Both the position numbers and the translations under genes were made by a program. The notes under the pieces were generated by a model that worked only from the letters and a program-made list of their open reading frames with translations, ran no database searches and had not been told where the DNA came from. A stretch of 64,000 bases of DNA from the human T2T-CHM13v2.0 reference genome, Homo sapiens. Below, piece by piece: positions 41,909 through 54,200 of this stretch (positions are counted from its first letter, which is position 1; each line of letters begins with the position of its first letter). The DNA lies in the NCBI RefSeq assembly GCF_009914755.1, contig NC_060937.1; one strand, written 5' to 3'.

Positions 41909-43051
41909 AAGGCTTGCCAACATTTTATGTCTCCCCAGCTCAAAAAAGCGTCATTTAAAAAAATCCTCCAGCATTAAATTGCATATGGTGTTGCAGACAT
42001 AATGCTGATTATTTTTATTATTATATTATGCTTATGTATACTCTCTTACCATTTTTTCATCTTCCCTTTTTTGGTCAAAAGCTACAGTGATAAACCTAAT
42101 TAAATATCTTAGTAAAACTAAGATATTCATTACAGGTATCATGGAATCTCATCTTAACTATTTCAGGAGTTTAATTAGGTATACTGTCGCTCTACTGCTT
42201 CACCATACAGAGCCTGTCTTTATTATTGCCTTTAACTTAAAAAAAATATTTATTTATATTTTCCACTGGAATGCAAGTTTCTTGATATTGCTGTCCCCAT
42301 ATTCTACTTGTTTTCAATTACTCTGAATTATTTGCATGATTAAATTGCTAAACACTTTGTTGCAGTAGCAACAGACAAAAAATTCAAATTTTCATGTGAA
42401 GCTGAAATGCTGTTAAATTCAGGTGTGGTAGTGATTTTGAATATGATGTTTCCATTCTATTAGGAGACCTGTCAGGACCTTCTAACTTTGTGAATGATCA
42501 ACTAAAAGTTGACCGAATATAAAATGAGGATATCAGGCCAGAGACTCACAAGGTTTCTATAGGTGAGACTTTTAGTTTCCACAAGGGCCCTCCTGTCTGA
42601 AGGAGAATGAGCTACAAAAAAAGGCACTACTTTTTTTATTAATTAGTTTTATTTTTAATACCAAACAAGGAAATGCCTATAGATGATATTGGTTGAATAA
42701 CCTGTGATATATCGATGCAATGTGGAATACACACACATACACACACACATACCCCTATGTATATTCTGCTGCATATGTCTACTTATTTTTTAACATTGTA
42801 GTCTGTTACTCTGAGATTTACTTTCTTCATTGAGCTGTATAATTTGGACACATTTTTGGTTGAGTTCCCAGATTTTTTGCCCATTGGAAGACAATTTTTT
42901 TTGTATTGCTATTAATGCAAAAACAAAGTTAAATATCATTAGTCAAGTCCATTAACTACATTGTTAGCGTACAGCTAGGGTAATTTTTGGCTTGAATTTG
43001 GTTTACTTTTCTTTGCTCTCTGTCAGCAGGCTGTGTGTTTGTCCACTTGTC

Positions 43052-43216
43052 TTATTTTTTAAATGTAGATTTAAGGGTCCAAGTGCAGTTGTGTTACATG
43101 GATATATTACACATTGGCGAAGTCTTGGTTTTTAGTGTACTGATCACCTAAATAGTGTACATTGTACCAAACTGGACCTATTTCATCCCTTATCCCCCCT
43201 CCCACCCTTCCACATT
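43052..43216 (-). mobile_element. L1PB4-like 3' end fragment
   Basis: tagatttaagggtccaagtgcagttgtgttacatggatatatt...atcccttatccccctcccaccctt. Confidence 0.85.
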
Positions 43217-43469
43217 AAAAAAGGCATTATTTTCGCAGCTATCTCAATCCTGTCACTTGCACTCAACTCCTACTCATTAACTCAATTCTTCTTTATTAAC
43301 AAGAAGGATCATGCAGGATACTTACCCTCCCCACATGTGTAGGAGCGTTTGCTACTGGATCCCAGAGAGTCATCCCTTATCTGAATCTGGTCTTCCTCCA
43401 GAAAGCTATGTCTCTATCACCATACAATCTTCGTCATTAAAACTGACAAAAATTGTGAAGGGTACATTC

Positions 43470-44047
43470 TGGTATGGTTTGAATATTTGTCTTCCTCAAA
43501 ACTCATGTGAAATTTAATTTCTATTTTGATAGTATTTGGCGATGAGACCTTTAAGAGGTGTTTAGGTCAGGCTACACCCTTGTGAGTGGACTTATACCAT
43601 TATCGTGGGAGTGTGCTCTCCTCTCTTGCTCTTTCTCTTGCTACTCCATCTTCCACCATGTGATGCCTTCCACCATGTTGTGATAAAGAAGACCCTCACC
43701 GGATGCCAGCATGTTATTCTTTGTTGTTGTTGTTGTTGTTGTTGAGACAGAGTCTCGCTCTGTCACCAGGCTGGAGTGTGGTGGCGTGACCTCGGCTCAC
43801 TGCAACATCCAACCCCCTGGTTCAAGCAATTCTCTTTTCTCAACCTCATGAGTAGCTGGGATTACAGGCATGTGCTACCATGCTCAGCTAATGTTTGTAT
43901 ATTTAGTAGAGATGAGCTTTCACCATGTTGGCCAGGATGGTCTTGATCTCCTGACCTCATGATCCACTCGCCTCGGCCTCCCAAAGTGCATTATAAATTT
44001 TCCAGTCTGTTGTGTTATGTTATAGCATTGAAAAACTAACTAAGATA
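43470..44047 (+). mobile_element. MST-type MaLR solo LTR interrupted by an Alu
   Basis: tggtatggtttgaatatttgtc..aaaactcatgtgaaattt ... actaagata; TSD cattc/catcc. Confidence 0.85.
43720..43989 (-). mobile_element. AluSc-like, lacking its first ~33 bp
   Basis: (TTG)n tail, ctctgtcaccagg, ccaggatggtc; stops at cccaaagtgc. Confidence 0.9.
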
Positions 44048-45539
44048 CATCCCAGTAAATTAGTCTGTGACTGTTTCAAGCATGCTGTCAAAAGACAGGA
44101 AATTCCGGGATAAGAAACAAATTACAAAGGACATTATTTCCATGGCACAGAAAGTAACACGAACATCAGTATATTTATGTGTGCAGTCCTGGGATAGCTC
44201 CAAGTCTGATGGCAGTAATGTGATGTTCCCAGTTGAATTCCTACATACCCAGTGGGTTTGCGTAGCAGCTTTGGACCACTGGGTTTGAGGTATCCAACCC
44301 TTTTATATGAGCAGAAAGAATTGGTGCAGATGGAAATGTTACCTTGCCTCTGTCAAGGATACCAACTGTGTAAAAAACTCTGAGAAATGACCCAGGTAAG
44401 AGAGTGCTCAGGGCTTCGATTGGACCATCCAGAAACATATGGAGAACCACAAGAGGCTCAAAGATTCTACCTCCCAACAAGGTGGTAACTACGTACTATA
44501 TATGATGCCCTATGTATTATTATTTATTTGTATTCTGGGTAGTAGAAACAAACAAAAATGCAATGCATCTTAGCTCCTAGAAACTCCAAACTTTTTTTTC
44601 TGTCTATTGCTTTCTCTTAGTTCTTTTCTTAGGCTTGAGTAATTTTGTTTTAAACATGCATTGATTAGCTTAGCACTCAGACAAAAACATTGCTTTGTAT
44701 TGTTCTCCAGATTGTTGAGTTCTCTCACTTCTACATAGTATTCTACCTTACAAAATCTATCCATGTAGCCTTCTCTGAATTCTAGTTTCTTTTTCCTCAG
44801 TCCAACAGTTCTGTCAGCTCTGGTTTGATTCCCCCTTTACAATATCATGTACCATTAATTTCTTTTAGGAAGTGAGCTGGGGTAATTGCAAGGTTCACTT
44901 TGCTTCTTTCCTTTCTTACAGAGATTGTATTATTTGCTCCTTAATACCTATTATCTGAAAATTATGTTTTCATGTATATTAATGTATATCTTTTAAAATT
45001 TGCTTTTTTCCCTTCTTTTTTTCAGTAAGAGGTTAACAACTGTCTTTGTTAATTTATAAGCAGAAATTTCTGTTTTCTTGTTTAAAACAACTGAGGATTA
45101 TTGATTCAAAGTGCTCTATGGTATAGCTACATTTTATTCTTCACAAATCAGACATAATTAAATAATATTTCCATCATTTTAGTGCTTGAATCTGATAGTT
45201 TAAGAAGAATATTTGAAATTATGCATTACTACAAGTTACTTATATGTCTTTACCCTACCTATCTTGACTTGATAATAAAGATTATCCTTTTAATGATACA
45301 GTGCAACATCACAGGAAACCAAAGAACTGACTTTGTGTGTAGGTAAAACACACTATTACATTGACTCCTATTATATCCACTCAGAAACTGGATTCTTTAG
45401 CATGTTGTTGAAACTGATTAGCTAATATTTTATTTTGGGAATATAAATATACTTTGAAATGTGACAATTAACTATATTTTTCACAAATTAGTGTTCAAAC
45501 AACTGAAAACTATTTTATAGGCTACAGTTTAGGTAGGAA

Positions 45540-47290
45540 GTCTTCTCAATGCCATATTTTTTAAAAAAGTCTACTATAGACAAAATATTGCCCATCAAGG
45601 CAAAACTGTCTTGATAATAGATATCCATTAATCAAACACACTGCAAAAATATATAATGGAGAATTATGCTGAAAGACATGATAAAAATTGAACACATCTT
45701 TCTGATAAAAGCTCATAGCAGACTAGAAATAGAAGAATGCAGTGTTAACAAGATATCTTAAATTAGCAGCTCATATATTTCTAAACAATGAAGCCATTAG
45801 GTTCTTTAATTAAAATCTGGAATATGACAGAGTATATGCTATAGTGCTTTTATTAAGGAAATAAGAAATACAGTTGAGTAAAATGAGTCGGAATTATTCC
45901 TATTGTAGAATATTTGAATATCTGCCTAGAAAATTACAGAAAGTAAACAAAATACTATAAAAAGTCACAATAAAGTGTAAGGTATTTGACACAATTGTGT
46001 CCTAAATTATCCATAAAGTGGCAACTACAATCTAGAAAATATGCTTGAAATAGTCAAAAGTTAAATTTGACAAGCGAAATACATTTGGTATGCTTCTTTT
46101 AACTTTTCAAACAAATTCGTGTAAAAGTACACCCTGAATTGGAATGAAATCATAAGTTAAATCAAAGAGAAGACCATAAATCAAAATCCAGGCATACTGC
46201 TCCCTGACAACATTACTAGTGGCTAGTGAACTCAACTGGAAAAGGACAGAAGAGAAATGCACAGACACAGACAGAAAATGTTATATTTTACACTTTCTTT
46301 TATGCACCTATTCTACATATCCAGGGGCTGAGCTAACCACAAAAACAGGTATTTGTTAATATCACCAACTCCAGATATACAAAGAATATAGCTCTTTCAG
46401 ATTTTTTAAATACTTATCAAATATTCCCTTACTACATTAAATTAGGAAACGGAAGTCCCAGAAAATAACTAGGCAGAAAGATAATGGAAAGGCATTTCGT
46501 TTATGGACCTCAGTCACTTATGAAAACATTATAAACTTGCTACAGACAGGAAAAGGATTGGGAAGACTATATGCTGGCAAGCATTGTGTTTCATATGCAA
46601 AATTCTTCCTAGAAAATCTGCCACTCAAAACAGGAGAATAGTTTTATAAAAACCAGCTACTCTGAACTAAATGAATGCCTATTGTGAGGTATAAATTGAA
46701 AGAGAAAGTTTTTAGGAAATCTTGAACTTTACATACTCAAAAAGAACCTTGCCAGAACCTACGTGTATGGCGAGGGGTACAAAGAAAATCCTGCAAATTT
46801 GTTTATTTTAAAACTTTCTACCTAGTGAATATATCTTCAGACAAAAATCAGTACAAAGAAAAAATATATCAATAATCAAGCTGAAGGAATTATTGTAGCA
46901 AAAAGAACGAAAAACATCATTTTTAAATAGAATTAAACTGTGTATGTCTACAAATAGCATTGCCCAAACAATATATTTGATGTTATTTGTTGTTTTCCAA
47001 ACAGAAATGTAATATGATAACATTTGTATGAAATAGAAGTAACAGAGAATTTTAAAAGTAAAACAGGATGATTTCTAGGGGGGCGTAAAGGACTCTTCCT
47101 GAAAAAGGAAAATATTAGAAGATAAAAACAAATGATTAAAGACAGCTAACATCTCTCTGATGGTTGTTAATGATGTGCAACAATTTTGCTGTGTACGAGA
47201 ATCAGATATGCATGAGGTCAAATTGAGCTCCCCTAAGCAACAAATTATTTAATATTAAATAGGTTATCTTGATCTTTCTGCAGTTTATTT

Positions 47291-47339
<49 letters not shown>

Positions 47340-48750
47340 AAATATTGAAATGAGTATACAGGAACCCATTTTGAACTATTTGAACTAACATAGAAAACAA
47401 TTATACTCGAGGAGTTGTGTCTGCATGTCTGAGTGTACAATAATTTAATGAGATAAATGTAAAACAATTAGCCTAATATAGATTTAAAATTAAAATAAAT
47501 AAATATTTTATTGTTAATACTAAAATGTAGGTTTTATATTTAAGAATATTTTGTGAAAATTACAGGAAAACTTTCATGCCAATGATTCCTAACAAAAACT
47601 ACGTTTCAGACACTCCTATTGATGTTATGAGACCATCTAGAAATAAAGACACATCCTGATAAAGAAAACATGTATACTCAAAAATACAAATCTGTATGAA
47701 AATAATACAGTATAATTAAAGATGAAATTACCAAAGAATGCAAGGATAGTGCAACATCAGACACTGTGCTGATTTGTTACATCAACAACTAAAAGGAGAA
47801 AATTATGATCACATCAAGAGATTTTAAAAAGGTATTTAATAAAATGCATTAGTAATTGTAATCAAATTTCTAAGTAAATTTTTTAAATGTAAAAGCCTTT
47901 CTAGAAGAAACACATAGCTGAAATTAGTCTAAAGATGAAATATAAATATCAATTTCGTTAACATAATGAACAAGATAGGATGCCAAAAGCACTATTATTT
48001 TTCAATTCTTAAAAAAATGTATAGGGATTACAATAAGACAAAAAAATAAAATAATTGAAATATGTTTTATATAATTGTGAACCTAAAAGGAATAGTAGAG
48101 TTAAAAAACAAACGAAACTCAATTTAAGAAGGAATGCAGTAAGATCATTGGATACAAGATACATACAAAAACAAATCAAGTTATTTTCTATTTTTACAAT
48201 AACAAATACAAATTTGTAATATGTATATTAAATTACAGCATTGAAACTACCTAAAAGTAATAAGAAATATATTTGATAAGAAAGGTAACTATCTAAATAA
48301 AAATTCCAAATTGCATATTTAAGGACATAAAAATATTTGAATAATATAAATAATACCATTCATTTGGTTGGGAAAATATTACGTTTAACATGAATAATTA
48401 TCCAAAGTGATTATATTTATAATGTTATTTCAATTAGTATTTATATGTCTATACACTATTTCCAAATATATTTTATTGGGTAAGAAATAATTAAACCCTA
48501 TTTTGAATGAAAAATCTCTGAAAAATAACAGAGAGACTTACAAATAAAATATCTCAACTTCTAGTATCAAATTGGGTTAAAGATAGACACATATATCAAT
48601 ATAAAAGAACTTATAGTTCAAAAAGAGTTCTAGTGTTATATATTCATAAATTTATAACAAATATAATGTTTCAATTATAACGGAAATGGATTATTTCAAA
48701 AATAATTTAAATTAATGTATATTAGCAAATGTTCTAGAAAGATTTTTAAT
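45540..48750 (+). mobile_element. Highly diverged ancient L1 (L1M4/L1ME) ORF2 fragments
   Basis: A-rich remnants (tgctgaaagacatgataaaaattgaacacatctttctgataaaa; atgcaaggatagtgcaacatcag; attggatacaagatacatacaaaa). Confidence 0.6.
47293..47336. repeat. (GT)22 microsatellite
   Basis: Perfect dinucleotide run. Confidence 0.98.
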
Positions 48751-48814
48751 GATACTTCCACTTCCTTAGTCTGCACACACTTTAAGTTCAATAAAGTTTA
48801 TAATTATTGATGGC

Positions 48815-50190
48815 AGAATGGGGATAAACATGGAAATTATGAGATTATTGGTGACTTTGAGTAATGAACCAGATGGGTGACCAAGCAACGTCATTTTCTA
48901 TTTGAGATAACTAAAGTTTATCTTCGTTCCTTCCTTCCTTCCTTCTTTCCTTCCCTCCCTCCCTTCTTCCCTTCCTTCCCTCCCTCCCTTCCTCCCTCCT
49001 CCTCCCTCCCTCCCTCCCTCAAAAGAAGTGGCAACAAACTATACCACTAGTCATTGCATTCTTCAATTCGATTCATTCTCAGTCACAAAAAAGGGGGCTG
49101 TGCTATTTCATTTAAAATGGTCCTTGATAAAGCACTAAGGATTTAAAATATTATTCATATCTGATCTTTGAGTACATCTTTTTAATCTTCTCTTTGACAA
49201 ATGAGTACCTATAATGCCCTTCTACATTTCAAAGTATGGGAACTGTCTTGAGAAAAAACAGTCATACAGTGGTTTAATTTTTAGTGAAATAAGCTATTTT
49301 TTAAAATCATGCAACCCTGTTTCTACTTTGGAAAGGAACTAGTAAGCAAGATATGGTCATTCGAACTTTATATTAGCAGACGTTTTCTCTAATGGAATGA
49401 AGTGAGTTTGAAGATTTAATTAGATAATACATGTAAAATACTATAGTACTGACTTAAAAGAATCAATAGTCATAATAATATTATGAAAATATATATCTAT
49501 TTTGTGTGTAAAATATAGAGTCTTGTAAAACTTGTACGTGATAACAGGAACTTAACACCTCCCCAATACCTAAAGACTTTCTGATGAGGATGGTTGCATT
49601 AATAGCAAATGTAATTTTTAAATTTTGTATAATTAAAACCGTCAATAGTTAAAATATCTGCATAATTCAGTGAACCAACTTAGGTTCATTAAAAGTGCAA
49701 GTAGGCCAATATATTTTAATAAAATAGTACCAAAAAGTTTATTGATTTGCTTTTAGATTTGTGTTAAAATAATCATAATGTAATTATCAAATCAAGGAAC
49801 CAATCAAGAATTGTGTATACTCTTATTAGATACTACACCAGAAAGTATCTAAGAGAATATCCACAATTCTTAGGAAGAATATTAACATCCTAACTTCTCT
49901 TCTTTTCAAATATTTGACTGAGGCCAGGATGCCTTGTATAGCTCAAACAAAACAACATATCACAATAAATTGAATGCAAAGGCAAATATTGAAATTCAGG
50001 AGTTTGCCATTGAACTTGATATTAAAGTTTTTCAAAAATGTAAAGCAATACCCTTCTTATCACTAATTTATTTTTGTTTTTAAAATATAATTGTTATATG
50101 AGTATGTAATTTGTATTAACATATAATTATTATTGTACATGACAAAACATACAAGATATCTGTTAATTAAAACAAATAACTTTGTAAAAA
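48815..50190. mobile_element. hAT-Charlie (Charlie1-like) DNA transposon remnant
   Basis: gtccttgataaagcac...tttgagtacatctttttaat...tgtcttgagaaaaa...agcagacgttttctc resemble the Charlie1 transposase region. Confidence 0.7.
48921..49020. repeat. (TTCC)n/(TCCC)n polypyrimidine tract
   Basis: Read directly from the sequence. Confidence 0.95.
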
Positions 50191-50211
50191 TTAAAAATCA
50201 AAATTAAAGTG

Positions 50212-50573
50212 TGTGAGAATTAACAATAGCGATGTCATTTTTCTATCTTGGTGACTGTGTTTCCTACCTTGGTGATGGTGTTCCCAGAAACAAAGCAAAG
50301 GTCAAGCTCACCCATAGCTTTAAGACAGCATAAAAACCCTGACCATAACAAAGCCTAACTGGCCCTTACCACATACCTCCTCAGCCCACTACAGTTCCAA
50401 CCTGTCAGCACTTCCCCAACCCCTCCCCTATAAAAACCTCAGCTTGCAAGCCATCGGGGTCTTAGCTAGATTCCTGATTGGGACCCCTTACAGTCTTATT
50501 CTTGTAAATAAACCTGTTTGGCCCGTTGAGTTGCCTTCTCTCTCACTTCTCTCATTTAAAAATCTTCTTAACA
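50212..50573 (+). mobile_element. Solo LTR, family unassigned
   Basis: TG...CA ends, TATA-like cctataaaaa at about 50428, aataaa at about 50508, flanks aagtg/aagta. Confidence 0.6.
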
Positions 50574-50764
50574 AAGTAAATTAAGGAAGCGTATTTTCTT
50601 AGTTTTAATTTCTTACACAGTTACTAATGACAAATATAATCAACATAATCAACATCTATTTGGGTTTTCAATAATTTCTAGGAGTGTGCAGTGGTCATGA
50701 GGCCACAGTGTTTGACAAGTACTATAATAAAAAAGTTACAAAGATACATAAAATTAATATACAC

Positions 50765-51227
50765 AGTAAACCAAAAGGTATCTCAATCAAGTTAGAGGTT
50801 TATTCAGCCAAAGTTAAGGATGTGTCCAGGGAAAGAAACACAAGTTACAGTAGGATCTGTGGCCTGTGCTTTTTCCAGAGAGTTTTGAGGGCTTCAATAA
50901 TTAAAGGGGAAAGAGCAGGCAGGAGTGAAAGGAGGAAAGAATAAAAGACAGGGGGACAAGTAATGACATTTTTGTGAGGCTTTGATTAGCACTCAGTGGA
51001 TACACATTTTACATGTGAAAAGAGAAGAGTGGGGAGAAAAGTTAACTATGCATTTGTCTTGTGCTTGGTAGATCTACATTTTACATGAGATAATGTAAGC
51101 ATGTGGAATTACAGTTATCTGTTTAGGAACAAAAAGAAGGCAGTTGTTACCAAGACTCAGTTCCCAACCTTAATGTTTTCATTTGGCATAGTGAGTTTGA
51201 GGTCCCAATATTTTATTTTCTTTTTAC
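50765..51227 (-). mobile_element. MER4-group ERV1 3' LTR
   Basis: gtaaaccaaaaggtatctcaatcaagttagaggtttattcagccaaag...attttctttttaca; adjacent ttccccct is a polypurine tract on minus. Confidence 0.8.
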
Positions 51228-54200
51228 ATTTCCCCCTCACCCTATCACTCAAAATCTTTTGGAGATAACATTGCAGTTGTAAATGAGTCTCTGGTCATGA
51301 GTTTGCTCTGATCCCTCACTGCTAAGGTGGTTTATTACTATAAGGTTAGGTCCCACACAGCTAGGAAGGTTTATTACTAATAGGATGTGAAGTCTGTCCC
51401 ACAGATAAAAATAGGAGGAAGAAGAAAGAAACAAAAAGGAAAAAAAAAATAAAAGAATGAATGACAAAAAGGACCAAGGCCAGGTCATAGCAATGCAGAG
51501 AAAAACAATCCTGGAAAACTGATTTAGGCTTTATTACCCAAAGTCCATACATTAGTAGACAGGCAAAAAGTAGTTTATGTATGTATGCGTGTGTATGTGT
51601 GTGTGTATATACTTAAAATTTAGGAGAAATAGCAACATATGTCTAGCCTCAGTTTGCAGGGCTTTAAGAAAAGCACAGTTTAGTGATTTCAGAAAAACAG
51701 GAGAAAAATAAACTTGAAAACATTAGTTTGGAGACTTGTGGCCAGGAAAGAATTCAGGATCCAGTCCTGTTAAGCTGTAGACAAAGAATAAAAACCGAAA
51801 AACATTGTACAAGGCCAGAGTCTGCTAACAGGAGTACTATAGTTTCTTTTGAAAGATAACTTTTCTCTCTCCAGTCCTTCATTTTAACCAAAGACAAAAT
51901 CATAGTAGGACCAACTTATTTGCAAAATAAGCTTTAGTGTTATTATACCTGGCCTAATTCTTTGCATAAAGTGGAGCAAAACCAATTATATGCTACATAG
52001 ACTGCTTTTAAATTGGTTCTGTCGGAACGTTTTTTATAAGGGATCTCAGATTTGACTTTTTAAAAGCCTCTTGATCCCAGCAAAGGATATATCTGTGCCT
52101 GCAAATACTTGTATGAATTTCAGCAAATTATTCTCTTTTCAAGATCCCAAGACTACTGGGGGTTCCTGGGCCTGTCAGAAACTGACATTGTTTAATTACC
52201 ACAGGTCAGGAACCCTGTAAAGGAACTGCATAGACAAGGTATGGCCAGTTTCTTCAAAGGGCTTTTATCCACTCTATGAGTCAACTTCAGTTATTCAAAA
52301 CCATCTACTCATGTCTGTAAACATTCTAGTTCAGTCAAAGCCTTGGAAAAATAAACTATGTCTTCAATTGTGTCCTCTAACAAAAGAAAACAGATTTCTA
52401 TTGAGTTTATGCAAATAACTATACTGCCATAAAATAAGAATACTCAAAAATAGTTTCCAAATTCTGGAGAAATTAGGTACACAGAAAAAAGTATGCTTCA
52501 AATTTTTCTCACAAGAGTATACTTTACTCAATTGTTTAAAAAGAATCAGCAATGTTTAAAACAAGTCATAAAAATTATTTCAGTTTTCTATTACTTCAGT
52601 ACCATATAGTCAATTTGATCCATTTGATATTGGAGTTGGTAATCCTCACAAACACATTAGCTGTTTAGCAAGAGTCCAGAAAGTATTTTTGGATTTTGGT
52701 TTTTGTTTTCTCTAACCCAATGACACAGTCTCCACAGTTACAAGAAACTTGTATTCAAAGAGCACGTCATGGTTCCTTTCATGAACACCTCTAAAGAAGT
52801 AAGTTTTGAACTGTAGTTTTTATAAACCAGATTTTGAGAAGAATCAAAGTAAAACTATAATTGTGAATGACAAAAGTATTAGGTTTGCAATGGTTAAAGA
52901 TGCATAACAAGAAAACTTGATTATTTCTGTGGCATGCAACAATTTAACATAATAATCATAATTAATATTGATAGTGGCAGGAGGCAGACAAATCCTAGGC
53001 AGACAGGGGTGGGTCCCCAGTGAAACCCCACCTTCAAGCCAAAGATAGTTTAAAGCCTGAGAGCCAAACTACAAGTCAAATCCATGGACCGGATTGAGAA
53101 CCTGTCTTCCCATTTAGTGTGCTTTCTTCTGATTGATCCCCACTCTTCAACTTCCTAAGTGGTTTTTCACACTGTGATGCCCACCTTTGAATAGGGCCTT
53201 TGTTTTAACTTTTTTGTATACTCACAAACCAATCAGCACACACTCTCCCATTCTGAGCCCATAAAAGTCCCAGACCCACCCACACTAAGAGAGAAACTAC
53301 CCGACTTTGGGGAGGGGACCACCCTCATGTCCCCTGTTTGCTGAGAGCTGTTTTGTTGCTCAATGAAATTCTTCTCCGCCCTCCTCACCCTTTGATTGTC
53401 AGCATTATCTCATTCATCTTGGACACAGGACAAGAACTCAGGACCCACTGAATGTGGGTACACAAAAGGCTGTAACATTGTGGCCCTCTGCCCTCTGCCA
53501 GTGGAGGGCAGCCACCCCACATGACGGGAAGCAGTGGTGGGGCTGAGGCAGCCCTAGAGAGCTGCAGGCCAGAGTGGGGCAAGGGGCAACAGAGCGGTTA
53601 TCACTCCGCTGTCTGTCGAGCTGTGGACAATGGGACTAAAAGAGCTAAGTAGCATGCTGTAACACCCTCTCTGGGGCTTTGGGGGCATGGGCACCTTTGC
53701 TTTGGTACCACCATGTTCCCCTCCTCTGGACACCAGAGTCTACCATGGGAGTGGCTTGCAACACTCTTGCTCTCACACAGCCCCTCCAACTGAAGACCAA
53801 GCACACAGTCTCAGCAGCTTTGGCATCTGAGCCAGAGGACAGCGTAAAGTGTGGCCTGATGGGCCGAATAGACAAGGCATCTCCTGAGGCAGGCCAAAAG
53901 CTGAACGAGGCCCAGGTGGGGATATCACCAGCCGAGGAGGTCCCCAGCTGGCAAAGTGACCAAGAAAAATCCTGTGTCAATATTGATAACTTATGCTTAG
54001 ACATCAGGATTACAGAAATCTCATACAGTTTTGGAACACATATTAATAATTTATTTATAGAAATAGAATCCAAAGAATAAAACATAATTTCATAACTGAC
54101 AATGCTTCCTGTATGATTTTAACCTATTAAATCAGCCACATAGGTCTCATTTGGACTTTAGGGGACCCACTAATCTAAAAGTTAATGAGGTAAAAAAGAC

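Noticed and set aside
47246-47261. 16-bp perfect palindrome tatttaatattaaata
   Set aside because: A/T-only; unsurprising in very AT-rich sequence
53645-54085. Overlapping 146-aa and 133-aa ORFs on opposite strands
   Set aside because: Lie in the GC-rich part of an LTR and cross its boundary; no domain similarity
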